From contig JBBRFO010000001.1 in the NCBI GenBank assembly GCA_038224135.1, forward strand, positions 9,503-73,502: 64,000 nucleotides of DNA. Reading direction: 5' to 3'. Below are positions 35,733-45,507 of the stretch, piece after piece. The position numbers were made by a program, and so were the translations under genes. The DNA comes from Solirubrobacterales bacterium. GTDB lineage: Bacteria; Actinomycetota; Thermoleophilia; Solirubrobacterales; Solirubrobacteraceae. The notes under the pieces were generated by a model, which ran no database searches, was not told where the DNA came from, and was given only the letters and a program-made list of their open reading frames with translations. How positions within the stretch are numbered: the first letter of the stretch is position 1; every line of letters begins with the position of its first letter.

Positions 35733-37015
35733 CCGACATCCTCCTGTTCAAGGACATCGACGAGCCGGACCTGCACACGCTGCCGGTCTACGAGCGCCGC
35801 GGCGGCTATCACCAGCTGCGCGCCGCGCTCGGGACGCCGCGCGACCAGCTGATCGCGTCGCTGAAGGGCTCCGGCCTGCGCGGCCGCGGCGGTGCCGGCT
35901 TCTCGATGGGCATGAAGGCCTCGTTCCTGCCCCAGGGCACGATGCAGAAGTACGTCGTGGTCAACGCCGACGAGTCCGAGCCGGGCACGTTCAAGGACCG
36001 CGAGCTGATGCAGAAGAACCCGCACCAGCTGATCGAGGGGATCGTCATCGCCGCCTACGCGGTCGACGCGACCAAGAGCTTCATCTACATCCGCGGCGAG
36101 TACGTCCACCAGGCCGACGTGCTCGACGCCGCGATCGCCGAGGCCTACGCCGCCGGCCACCTCGGGGAGAACGTCCACGGCTCGGGCTTCGACTGCTCGC
36201 TGGTCCTGCACCGCGGCGCCGGCGCCTACATCTGCGGCGAGGAGACGGGCCTGCTCGACTCGCTGGAGGGCAAGCGCGGCAACCCGCGGCTGAAACCCCC
36301 GTTCCCTGCCAACCAGGGCCTGTTCCAGGGGCCGACGCTGATCAACAACGTCGAGACGCTGTCGACGATCCCGCACATCCTCGAGCTCGGCTTCGAGACC
36401 TACGCGGCGATCGGCGTCAAGAACTCCTCGGGCACGAAGCTCGTCTCGGTCAGCGGCAACGTCCGGCACCCCGGCAACTTCGAGATCGAGCTCGGGATGA
36501 AGAGCCGCGACATCATCTACGGCCTCGCCGGCGGTCCGCCGGAGGGTCGCGAGGTCAAGTTCTGGTTCCCGGGCGGGTCCTCGTCGCCGGTCCTGACCCC
36601 CGACGACCTCGACCTGCCCTACGACTTCGACTCGCTCGCGCAGTCAGGGTCGATGCTCGGCTCGGGCGCGATCATCGTCGTCGACGACAGCCAGTCGGTC
36701 GTCGATGTCTGCCTGAAGCTCGCGAAGTTCTATGCCCACGAGTCGTGCGGCAAGTGCACGCCGTGCCGCGAGGGCACGAACTGGACCGTGAAGATGCTGC
36801 GCCGCGTGCAGGACGGCACGGCGACGCCGATGGACCTCGACATCATGGCCTCGGTCCAGGAGCGGATCATCGGCAACTGCCTGTGTGTGCTCGGCGACGC
36901 GATGGCGATGCCGGTCGGCTCGATGATCGCCAAGTTCCGCGGCGAGTTCGAGCAGCACATCGAGACCGCGCGCGCCGCCAACGAGGCCCAGGCGCTCAGC
37001 GGGGCGCTGGCCTGA
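35729..37015 (+). CDS. nuoF: NADH-quinone oxidoreductase subunit F
   Basis: GRGGAGFSMGMK (FMN/NADH site), ESCGKCTPCREG (N3 cluster). ATGA overlap with nuoE. Confidence 0.95.
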   Translation: MTDILLFKDIDEPDLHTLPVYERRGGYHQLRAALGTPRDQLIASLKGSGLRGRGGAGFSMGMKASFLPQGTMQKYVVVNADESEPGTFKDRELMQKNPHQLIEGIVIAAYAVDATKSFIYIRGEYVHQADVLDAAIAEAYAAGHLGENVHGSGFDCSLVLHRGAGAYICGEETGLLDSLEGKRGNPRLKPPFPANQGLFQGPTLINNVETLSTIPHILELGFETYAAIGVKNSSGTKLVSVSGNVRHPGNFEIELGMKSRDIIYGLAGGPPEGREVKFWFPGGSSSPVLTPDDLDLPYDFDSLAQSGSMLGSGAIIVVDDSQSVVDVCLKLAKFYAHESCGKCTPCREGTNWTVKMLRRVQDGTATPMDLDIMASVQERIIGNCLCVLGDAMAMPVGSMIAKFRGEFEQHIETARAANEAQALSGALA

Positions 37016-39483
37016 TGCCGCGGCCGGTCGTCAAGGAGATCACCTTCACGCTCAACGGGCGCGAGGTGCAGGCTCCGGAGAACATGATCCTCGCCGACGC
37101 CGCGCTGCAGTTCGGCGACGTCGAGATCCCGGTCTTCTGTTACGAGCCGAAGATCGGCTCGCCGGTCGGCGCCTGCCGGATGTGCCTGGTCGAGGTCGAG
37201 GGCCTCCCGAAGCTGCAGGCCGGGTGCGCGACGCCGATCAAGGACGGCATGGTCGTCCACACGGACACGCCGCGGGTCAAGGAGGCTCAGGAGGCGATCC
37301 TCGAGTTCATCCTGATCAACCACCCGCTCGACTGCCCGGTCTGCGACAAGGGCGGCGAGTGCCCGCTGCAGGACAAGTCGTTCGGCTGGGGCGGCGGCAT
37401 CTCGCGGATGATCGAGCCCAAGCGCCACTTCGAGAAGCCGCTCGCGCTGTCGCCGCTGATCGCGATCGACCGCGAGCGCTGCATCCTCTGCTACCGCTGC
37501 GTGCGCTTCAGCCAGGAGGTCAGCGAGGACGACCAGCTGATCCTCCAGGAGCGCGGCGCCGACACCTACGTCGCGACCTTCGACGGCCATCCGTACGTCG
37601 CGCCGTTCAGCGGCAACATCATCGAGCTGTGCCCCGTCGGCGCGCTGACCTCGCGGCCGTACCGCTTCCGCGCGCGGCCGTGGGACATCGAGCAGTCGGG
37701 CTCGGTCTGCACGCTCTGCCCGGCGCAGTGCAACGTCAGCTTCACCGTCCGCGACGATCGCGTCCTGCGCGTGCTCCAGCGCGACAACGACGAGGTCGAC
37801 GACGGCTGGCTCTGCGACAAGGGCCGCTTCGCCTACCAGGCGATGCACGTCGACGAGCGCGTCACGCAGCCGCTGCTGCGCGACGGTGGCGAGCTGCGCC
37901 CTGTGTCGTGGGAGCTGGCGCTCGACACGGCAGCCAAGGCGCTCGGTCGCGCCGGGACCAAGGTCGCCGCGCTGGCCGGCGGCGAGAGCACCAACGAGGA
38001 GGGCTGGCTGCTCCAGCGCCTGATGCGCGAGGCGATCGGCTCGCCGGACATCGATTCGCGCGCCGGCGGGACGCTGGACATCGGCCTGCACCGGGCGCTC
38101 AGCGACCCACGCGCGCAGGCGTCCGTCGTCGACCTCGAGTTCGCGCACGCCGTGCTGGTGCTCGACACCGAGCCGGTCGACGATGCGCCGATCCTCGACC
38201 TGCGCCTGCGCAAGGGCGCGCGGCGCAACGCCGTCAAGCTGTTCGTCGCGACCAGCCGGCCATCGTCGCTCGACGGCCGCGCGACCGCGATCACGCGCTT
38301 CGCACCCGGCGCGGGCGAGGCGCTCGTCGCCGCGCTCGACGCCGCGATCGCCGGCCGCGACATCGACGCGCTCGCACGGGCCGCAGGCAGCACCGCCGCC
38401 GACGTGCGCGCGCTTGCCGACGGGCTCAAGGCCGCCGGCGAGGACGTCGTGATCCTCTGGGGCGAGCGCCTGACCCACGGCCCGCGCGGCGACCACGCCG
38501 CACGCGCGCTGCTGAACCTGTCGGCGACGCTCGGCCTGCCGGGCCGCGATGGCGCCGGCCTGCTGCAGATCCCCGCCGCCGCCAACGGCCGCGGCCTGCG
38601 CGAGGTCGGCGTGCTGCCGAACGCGGGGCCCGGCCTCAGCGAGACGCCCGCCGGCCGCGACGCCGACGCGATCGCCGACGCCGCGGCAGCGGGCGAGATC
38701 GCGGCGCTGTATCTGCTGCACACCGACCCGCTGCTCGACCAGCGGCGCCGCCAGGTCTGGGACGCCGCGCTGGAGAAGGCCTCGACGGTCATCGCCCACG
38801 CGAGCTTCCTGACGCCCGGCATCCGCGAGCACGCGACGGTCGTCTTCCCGGGCGAGTCGCACGCCGAGAAGGAGGGCACAGTCGTCCATCCCGACGGCCG
38901 CCTGCAGCGCCTGCGCCGCGCGATCGGCCGCCCGCACGAGACGCGCGGCGAGTGGCAGGTCCTCGCGGACCTCAGCAAGCGGCTGGGGACCGACCTCGGC
39001 GTGCTGACCTCGTCGATGGCGACGGCCAAGCTCGTCGCGCAGATCCCGTTCTACGCCGGGATGACGCTGGATGCGATCGGCGGCCGTGGTCTGCGCTGGC
39101 CGGCCGCTGACGGCGCCGCGGCCTTCCCCAGCGGCGCTGCGGCGCCGTTCGCGCTCGAGTCGCCGCCCGTCGCGGCGGAGCCCAACGGCAGGCTGCGCCT
39201 GGGCACGTTCCGCTCGGTCTGGGCCGCGCCCGAGGTCGAGGCTTCGCCGGCGCTGCACTTCCTGCACCCGCGCCAGCGCGTCGAGCTGTCGCCGGCCGAC
39301 GCCGAGCGCCTCGGCATCGGCCAGGGCACCAAGGTCGTCGTCGGATCCAACGGCCACAGCGTCAGCGGCGTCGCCGAACTGCGTGCCGCGACGCCCGAAG
39401 GCTCTGTCTTCCTGGAGTCCGCGCTCGACGCCGACAGCGCCGGCGTCCTCGACGGCCCGCTGGTGGAGGTTCGTAAAGCGTGA
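37015..39483 (+). CDS. nuoG: NADH-quinone oxidoreductase subunit G
   Basis: CYEPKIGSPVGACRMCLVE, HPLDCPVCDKGGECPLQD, CILCYRCVRF, then a molybdopterin-oxidoreductase-like domain. 822 aa. Confidence 0.95.
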   Translation: MPRPVVKEITFTLNGREVQAPENMILADAALQFGDVEIPVFCYEPKIGSPVGACRMCLVEVEGLPKLQAGCATPIKDGMVVHTDTPRVKEAQEAILEFILINHPLDCPVCDKGGECPLQDKSFGWGGGISRMIEPKRHFEKPLALSPLIAIDRERCILCYRCVRFSQEVSEDDQLILQERGADTYVATFDGHPYVAPFSGNIIELCPVGALTSRPYRFRARPWDIEQSGSVCTLCPAQCNVSFTVRDDRVLRVLQRDNDEVDDGWLCDKGRFAYQAMHVDERVTQPLLRDGGELRPVSWELALDTAAKALGRAGTKVAALAGGESTNEEGWLLQRLMREAIGSPDIDSRAGGTLDIGLHRALSDPRAQASVVDLEFAHAVLVLDTEPVDDAPILDLRLRKGARRNAVKLFVATSRPSSLDGRATAITRFAPGAGEALVAALDAAIAGRDIDALARAAGSTAADVRALADGLKAAGEDVVILWGERLTHGPRGDHAARALLNLSATLGLPGRDGAGLLQIPAAANGRGLREVGVLPNAGPGLSETPAGRDADAIADAAAAGEIAALYLLHTDPLLDQRRRQVWDAALEKASTVIAHASFLTPGIREHATVVFPGESHAEKEGTVVHPDGRLQRLRRAIGRPHETRGEWQVLADLSKRLGTDLGVLTSSMATAKLVAQIPFYAGMTLDAIGGRGLRWPAADGAAAFPSGAAAPFALESPPVAAEPNGRLRLGTFRSVWAAPEVEASPALHFLHPRQRVELSPADAERLGIGQGTKVVVGSNGHSVSGVAELRAATPEGSVFLESALDADSAGVLDGPLVEVRKA

Positions 39484-40502
39484 GCACGCCGCTCGCAGAG
39501 GTCGGTTTCCACGAGGCGCTGTGGATCCAGGTCGTCAAGGCGCTGGTGATCTTCGCCGTCGGCCTCCAGCTGGTTCCGCTGGTGCTGATGATGGAGCGCA
39601 AGATCCTCGGCCGCTTCCAGCAGCGCTATGGCCCCAACCGCGTCGGCCCGTTCGGCGCGCTGACGCCGGTCGCCGACATCATCAAGCTGCTGACGAAGGA
39701 GTCGTTCCGCCCGCGGACGTCGATCGGCTGGCTGTTCCGCCTGGCGCCGATCCTCTCGATCACCGCCGCCGTGGCGTCGCTCGCGCTGGTGCCGTTCGGC
39801 GACACGCAGGACATCTTCGGCAGCAAGGTCGGGCTCTACGGCGTCGACCTGAGCATCGGCCCGCTGTACGTCTTCGCGTTCGGCGCCGTCGCGTTCTACG
39901 GCGTGATGCTCGGCGGCTGGTCGTCGGGCTCCAAGTACTCGTTCCTGGGCTCGATGCGCGCCGCCGCGCAGCTGATCTCCTACGAGGTCGCGCAGGGCAT
40001 GGCGCTCGTCGGCGTCGTCATCACCGCGCAGACGCTGTCGCTGACGGAGATCGTCACCGCCCAGAAGGGCATGTGGTACGTGATCCCGCAGTTCATGGGG
40101 TTCCTGATCTTCATGGTCGCGAGCTTCGCGGAGACCAACCGCCCGCCGTTCGACCTCGTCGAGGCCGACGCCGAGCTCGTCGGCGGCTACATGACCGAGT
40201 ACGGCGGCGGCGGCTTCGCGCTGTACTTCTTCGCCGAGTACCTCAACGTCATCGTCGTCTCCGGCATCGCAACCGCGGTCTTCCTCGGCGGCTGGCTGCT
40301 GCCCTTCGGCATCCACCCGCCCGGCTGGGTCGATCCGATCATCGTCCTGAGCAAGATGATGGTCTTCATCGTCTTCTTCATCTGGGTCCGCGCGACATTG
40401 CCGCGCCTGCGCTACGACCAGCTGATGAGCTTCGGCTGGAAGGTCCTGCTGCCGCTGTCCACCCTCAACGTCCTCGTGACGGCGATCATCGTCGTCGCCT
40501 GA
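39480..40502 (+). CDS. nuoH: NADH-quinone oxidoreductase subunit H
   Basis: Polytopic. [21 protein letters not shown] motif. GTGA overlap with nuoG. Confidence 0.95.
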   Translation: MSTPLAEVGFHEALWIQVVKALVIFAVGLQLVPLVLMMERKILGRFQQRYGPNRVGPFGALTPVADIIKLLTKESFRPRTSIGWLFRLAPILSITAAVASLALVPFGDTQDIFGSKVGLYGVDLSIGPLYVFAFGAVAFYGVMLGGWSSGSKYSFLGSMRAAAQLISYEVAQGMALVGVVITAQTLSLTEIVTAQKGMWYVIPQFMGFLIFMVASFAETNRPPFDLVEADAELVGGYMTEYGGGGFALYFFAEYLNVIVVSGIATAVFLGGWLLPFGIHPPGWVDPIIVLSKMMVFIVFFIWVRATLPRLRYDQLMSFGWKVLLPLSTLNVLVTAIIVVA

Positions 40503-40515
40503 CCACCGTGACCCC

Positions 40516-41058
40516 ATGACCGATCGCGCCTGGACACCCGACCCCGACGACGTCCTCGTCGTGCAGAGCGCCCCATCGGCGGGCGCCGCCGGCGGCCTCT
40601 ACCGCGCCTTCGGCGAGACCCTGCGCGGCCTGAAGACGACGTTCAGTCAGCTGCGCGAAGGCGTGACGACGGTCCAGTACCCGGAGGAGAAGATCCCCGT
40701 GTACCCGCGGTTCCGCGGCCGCCATCGCCTGCACACGTTCGACGACGGCCTGGAGAAGTGCGTCGGCTGCTCGCTCTGTGCAGCGGCCTGCCCGTCGGAC
40801 TGCATCCGCGTCGTCGCCGCGGAGAACACGCCGGAGAACCGCGTGTCGGCCGGCGAGCGCTACGCCGCCGTCTACGAGATCAACCTCTCGCGCTGCATCT
40901 TCTGTGGCTACTGCGAGGTCGCGTGCCCGTTCGACGCGATCACGATGGGCAACGACTTCGAGCTGTCCGACTACAACCGCTCCGACCTCATCTTCACCAA
41001 GGAGATGCTGCTCGCCGAGCCGCTGGAGCGCACGCCGCTGCGCGCCGAGGGGGAGTAG
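40516..41058 (+). CDS. nuoI: NADH-quinone oxidoreductase subunit I
   Basis: Two ferredoxin motifs, [12 protein letters not shown] and [12 protein letters not shown]. Confidence 0.95.
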   Translation: MTDRAWTPDPDDVLVVQSAPSAGAAGGLYRAFGETLRGLKTTFSQLREGVTTVQYPEEKIPVYPRFRGRHRLHTFDDGLEKCVGCSLCAAACPSDCIRVVAAENTPENRVSAGERYAAVYEINLSRCIFCGYCEVACPFDAITMGNDFELSDYNRSDLIFTKEMLLAEPLERTPLRAEGE

Positions 41059-41067
41059 CCGAGCCAC

Positions 41068-41673
41068 ATGTGGTTCTTCTTCTTCCTGTTCTCGATCGTC
41101 GCCCTCGCGGGGGCGGTCGGCGTCGTCGCGCTGCGCAACCCGTTCTACTCGGTGCTGGCGCTCGTCACGCACCTGATCGCGCTGGCGCTGTTGTTCCTGT
41201 TACTCGAGGCGCAGTTCGTCGCCGTCGCGCAGATCGTCGTCTACGCCGGCGCCGTGATGGTGCTCTACGTGTTCGTCGTCGCCTATGTCGGCGGCGGTGA
41301 CCAGCCCGAGCTCCTGAGCCGCGTCAGCGCCAAGCAGCGCACGCTGGCCGTCGTCTTCGGCCTGGCGATCTTCGTCGAGCTGGCGATCGCGCTGCTCGGC
41401 ACGGCGCTGAAGGCCGTCGACACGCATGGCGCGAAGCTCGCCACCGACTACGGCTCACCGGCGCAGATCGGCGACCTGCTGCTCACGCGCTTCCTGCTGC
41501 CGTTCGAGCTCGCCTCGTTCCTGCTGCTGGTCGCCGCGGTCGGCGCCGTCGGGCTGGCCGGCCGTCGCGGCGGCGTCGGGCCTGACCATGAGGTCTTCAC
41601 CGACACCGTCCGCCCGCAGGGCACCGGAACGATGGCCGAGGGCGTCGGGCGCCGCCGGGACGGTCACCCGTGA
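41068..41673 (+). CDS. nuoJ: NADH-quinone oxidoreductase subunit J
   Basis: 201 aa, hydrophobic, in the conserved operon position between nuoI and nuoK. Confidence 0.9.
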   Translation: MWFFFFLFSIVALAGAVGVVALRNPFYSVLALVTHLIALALLFLLLEAQFVAVAQIVVYAGAVMVLYVFVVAYVGGGDQPELLSRVSAKQRTLAVVFGLAIFVELAIALLGTALKAVDTHGAKLATDYGSPAQIGDLLLTRFLLPFELASFLLLVAAVGAVGLAGRRGGVGPDHEVFTDTVRPQGTGTMAEGVGRRRDGHP

Positions 41674-41969
41674 ACATCGCCTGGTTCCTGATCGTCTCGG
41701 CGCTGATGTTCTGCCTCGGCGCCGTCGGCGTACTCGTGCGCCGCAACCCGCTGGTGATCCTGCTGTGCCTCGAGCTGATGCTCAACGCCGGCAACCTCGC
41801 GCTGCTCGGCTTCTCGCGCATGTGGGGCGACGGCGACGGCCAGATCTTCGCCCTCATCGTGATGGTCGTCGCCGCCTGCGAGGTCGCGATCGGCCTCGGC
41901 ATCATCGTCGCGCTGTACCGCCGCCGGCTGCCCGTCGACGTCGACGAACTGCGGGAGCTGCACGGATGA
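41670..41969 (+). CDS. nuoK: NADH-quinone oxidoreductase subunit K
   Basis: 99 aa, 3 TM, LCLELMLNAGNL motif. GTGA overlap. Confidence 0.95.
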   Translation: MNIAWFLIVSALMFCLGAVGVLVRRNPLVILLCLELMLNAGNLALLGFSRMWGDGDGQIFALIVMVVAACEVAIGLGIIVALYRRRLPVDVDELRELHG

Positions 41970-43978
41970 GCATCCAGACCGCCGCCTGGCTCGTCCTGGC
42001 CCTGCCGCTCGCCGGCTCGCTGAAGCTCGCGCTCGGCTTCCGCTTCTGGAGGGGCGCGATGGCGGGCTGGATCGGCACGGCCGCCGTCGGGCTCGCGTTC
42101 GTCTTCGCGCTGGTGACGCTGGTCAAGCTGCTCGACCTGCCCGCTGAGCAGCGCCACGTCGCCAGCTCACTCTGGGACCTGGCCAACGTCGGCGGCGTCC
42201 ACATCCGCCTGGGCATCTACATCGATCCGCTGTCGACGCTGATGATCCTCGTCGTCAGCGGCGTCTCGACGCTGATCCACCTCTACAGCGTCGGCTACAT
42301 GCGCTCGGACGAGGGCTACACGCGGTTCTTCTCCTACCTCAACTTCTTCGTCTTCTCGATGCTGCTGCTGGTGCTCGCCGGCAACCTGGCGCTGCTGATC
42401 GTCGGCTGGGCGTTCGTCGGCGCGGCCAGCTACTTCCTGATCTCGTTCTGGTACCGCCGCTCGACGGCGACCAACGCCGGCATCAAGGCGTTCGTCATCA
42501 ACGTCATCGGTGACGTCGGGCTGGTGCTCGGGACGTTCTTCATCTTCCGCCGGATGGGCGTGCTCGACTACGGCCCGCTGTTCCACGGTGTGCAGCACGC
42601 GTTCGACAAGAACGAGGCCAGCCTCGTCGCCGGGATGATCCTGATCCTCGTCGGCGCCTTCGCGAAGTCGGCGCAGATCCCGTTCCACACCTGGCTCCCG
42701 GACGCGATGGAGGGGCCGACGCCGGTCAGCTCGCTGATCCACGCGGCGACGATGGTGACCGCCGGCGTGTACCTGATCGGCCGCCTGCACCCGTTGTTCG
42801 AGTGGGCGCCGACGGCGGCCGACGTCGGCGCGGTCGTCGGGGCGCTGACGCTGCTCGTCGCCGGCACGATCGGCCTGGCCGTGACCGACCTCAAGCGCGT
42901 CATCGCCTACTCGACGATGTCCCAGATCGGCTACATGATCATGGGCGTCTCGGCCGCGGCCTACACCGGCGGCTTCTTCCACCTGACGACACACGCGTTC
43001 TTCAAGGCGCTGCTGTTCATGTCCGCCGGCTCGGTCATCGCCGCGATGGGCAACGAGCAGTCGCTCGACAAGATCAGCGGATTCCGCAAGGCGATGCCGT
43101 TCACCTTCCGCTGCTTCCTCGTCGGCGGCCTGGCGCTGTCGGCGTTCCCGCTGATGTCGGGCTTCTTCTCCAAGGACGACCTGCTGTACGAGGTCGGCCA
43201 GCGCGGTGGCTGGTACTACGGCCTCTACGCCGCGGGCTACATCGGTTCGCTGTTCACCGTCATCTACACGTGGCGGATGATCTTCCGCACCTTCTGGGGT
43301 GAGCCGTGCGAGCAGGCGCTCGCACTCGAACACGGCCACCTGTACCACGCGCCGCACCCGTTCAACCCGGCCAACGGCGAGGTCGAGGACACCGGCGTCG
43401 GGTTCCCCGGACCGGACCATCACATCGCCGAGCAGACCTGGCAGATGAAGGCGGCGATGTCGGCCTTGGCGCTTCTGTCGATCGCCGGCGGCCTGCTGCT
43501 GCTGCCGTTCGAATCGCTCGAGCCGCTGAGGAAGTTCCTCGAGCCGACGTTCGCCGACTCGATCGTCGCCCACCCCAAGAACACGGGCCTGGAGACCGTC
43601 GGCCTGGTCCTCAGCTCGGTCATCGCCGTCGCCGGCATCGCCTTCGCCTACGCGACCTGGGTCACCAACGCCGGCGGCGCCGCGCGCTGGCAGCAGCGGT
43701 TCGCTCCGCTGCACAACCTGTTCGTCAACAAGTGGTACTTCGACGAGCTGATCGACCTGGCGGTCGTCCGCCCGCTGGCCGCGTTCGGCCGCTGGGGACG
43801 TGACACGTTCGAGCGGATCGTCGTCTCCGGCGCGCTCGTCGGCGGCACGTCGGGCATCGTCAAGAGCGGCTCGGCAGCCGTCCGCGGCCTGCAGACCGGC
43901 CTGCTGCGCGGCTACGCCGGGCTCGTCGTCGGCGGCATGTTCGCCGTCGTCCTCTACTTCCTGCTCCGAGCGGCATGA
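41966..43978 (+). CDS. nuoL: NADH-quinone oxidoreductase subunit L
   Basis: 670 aa antiporter-like subunit (AKSAQIPFHTWLPDAMEGPTPVS). ATGA overlap. Confidence 0.95.
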   Translation: MSIQTAAWLVLALPLAGSLKLALGFRFWRGAMAGWIGTAAVGLAFVFALVTLVKLLDLPAEQRHVASSLWDLANVGGVHIRLGIYIDPLSTLMILVVSGVSTLIHLYSVGYMRSDEGYTRFFSYLNFFVFSMLLLVLAGNLALLIVGWAFVGAASYFLISFWYRRSTATNAGIKAFVINVIGDVGLVLGTFFIFRRMGVLDYGPLFHGVQHAFDKNEASLVAGMILILVGAFAKSAQIPFHTWLPDAMEGPTPVSSLIHAATMVTAGVYLIGRLHPLFEWAPTAADVGAVVGALTLLVAGTIGLAVTDLKRVIAYSTMSQIGYMIMGVSAAAYTGGFFHLTTHAFFKALLFMSAGSVIAAMGNEQSLDKISGFRKAMPFTFRCFLVGGLALSAFPLMSGFFSKDDLLYEVGQRGGWYYGLYAAGYIGSLFTVIYTWRMIFRTFWGEPCEQALALEHGHLYHAPHPFNPANGEVEDTGVGFPGPDHHIAEQTWQMKAAMSALALLSIAGGLLLLPFESLEPLRKFLEPTFADSIVAHPKNTGLETVGLVLSSVIAVAGIAFAYATWVTNAGGAARWQQRFAPLHNLFVNKWYFDELIDLAVVRPLAAFGRWGRDTFERIVVSGALVGGTSGIVKSGSAAVRGLQTGLLRGYAGLVVGGMFAVVLYFLLRAA

Positions 43979-45507
43979 CGATCTCGCTCTCGATCGTCCT
44001 CTGGCTCCCGCTCGCCGCGGGCATCATCGCGCTGGCACTCCCCGGCGCCCTCGCCCGCTGGGTCTCGCTGCTCGGCGCCGCGATGGTCCTGGCGTATGCG
44101 GCCGTCATCGCGATCGACTACGACACGGGCGCCGGCGGCCTGCAATACGTCACCGACGAGACGTGGATCCGCTCACTCGGGGTCCACTACACGCTGGCCG
44201 TCAGCGGGCTCAACGTCTTCCTGATCCTGCTGACGGCGATCACGTTCTTCGCCGCCGCGCTGTGGGTGGCGCTGAAGGACACCGACCTGCCCAAGCCCGG
44301 TCTCTACGCATTCCTGATGGGCCTCGCGCAGAGCGGCGTGCTCGGCGCCTTCCTGGCCCAGGACCTGGCGTTGTTCGTCGTCTTCTTCGACCTGATGCTG
44401 GTGCCGTTCTTCTTCCTGACGCTGGTCTGGGGTGGTCCCGATCGAGGCCCGGCGGTGCTGAAGCTCTTCATCTACACGCTCGTCGGCTCGCTGCTGATGC
44501 TGGTCGGCGCGATCGCGACCGGCGTCCTGGCCAAGGCCGGCGCCGGGCACCACGTCAGCTTCCTGTTCAGCGACCTGCAGCGTGCGCCGCTGGGCAAGGG
44601 CTCGCAGGAGTGGATCTTCCTCGTCTTCGCGCTGGCGTTCCTGATCAAGATGCCGGCCTTCCCGTTCCACGGCTGGATGCCCGACGGGTATCTGCAGATG
44701 CCGATCCCGGTGCTCGCCGTGTTCTCGGCCGTGCTCAGCAAGGTCGCCGCCTACGGCTTCCTGCAGGTCGCGCTGCCACTGTTCCCGCGCGGCGCGGTCC
44801 AGTATCAGGAGCTGCTGATGCTGCTGTCGCTGGCGTCGATCCTCTACGGCTCGGCGATGGCGTTCAGCACCAGCCAGGTGCGGCTGATCCTCGGCTACTC
44901 GTCGGTCGCGCAGCTCGGCTTCATCACGCTCGGCATCTTCGCGCTCAACCAGCAGGGCGTGGACGGCGCGCTGATCCAGGCCGTCAACCACGGCCTCGTC
45001 GCCGCGCCGCTGATCTTCATCGTCGCGCTGCTCGCCGCGCGCTCCGGCGGCAGCGAGGACCTGCGCGACATGGGCGGGATCGCCTTCCGCGCGCCGATCC
45101 TCGCGGCGGTCTTCCTCGTGCTCACGCTGGCGCTGCTGGCGATGCCGGGTTCGTCCAACTTCATCGGCGAGTTCCTCATCCTGCTCGGTGCGTTCAAGAG
45201 CAAGCTCGCGATCGCGCTCATCGCCTCGACCGGTGTCGGGATGGCGGCGGTCTACGCGCTGCGGCTGTACATCCGCTCGATGCACAACCGCGTCGGGCCG
45301 AAGGTCGAATCGCGCGAGCTGAGCCGCGCCGACGGCTTCGTCCTGGTGCCGCTGACGATCGCGATCGTCGCCTTCGCGCTCTACCCGCAGGCCGCGCTGC
45401 ACGCCGGCGAGCGTGACGTGCGTGCGCGGTTGGCGCCGGTCGCCGCCGTCCAGCACGGCGGCGCGGCCGACCTCGCGGCCGCCGTCCGCCGGGGAGCGTC
45501 CCGATGA
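43975..45507 (+). CDS. nuoM: NADH-quinone oxidoreductase subunit M
   Basis: 510 aa antiporter-like (IKMPAFPFHGWMPDGY). ATGA overlap. Confidence 0.95.
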   Translation: MTISLSIVLWLPLAAGIIALALPGALARWVSLLGAAMVLAYAAVIAIDYDTGAGGLQYVTDETWIRSLGVHYTLAVSGLNVFLILLTAITFFAAALWVALKDTDLPKPGLYAFLMGLAQSGVLGAFLAQDLALFVVFFDLMLVPFFFLTLVWGGPDRGPAVLKLFIYTLVGSLLMLVGAIATGVLAKAGAGHHVSFLFSDLQRAPLGKGSQEWIFLVFALAFLIKMPAFPFHGWMPDGYLQMPIPVLAVFSAVLSKVAAYGFLQVALPLFPRGAVQYQELLMLLSLASILYGSAMAFSTSQVRLILGYSSVAQLGFITLGIFALNQQGVDGALIQAVNHGLVAAPLIFIVALLAARSGGSEDLRDMGGIAFRAPILAAVFLVLTLALLAMPGSSNFIGEFLILLGAFKSKLAIALIASTGVGMAAVYALRLYIRSMHNRVGPKVESRELSRADGFVLVPLTIAIVAFALYPQAALHAGERDVRARLAPVAAVQHGGAADLAAAVRRGASR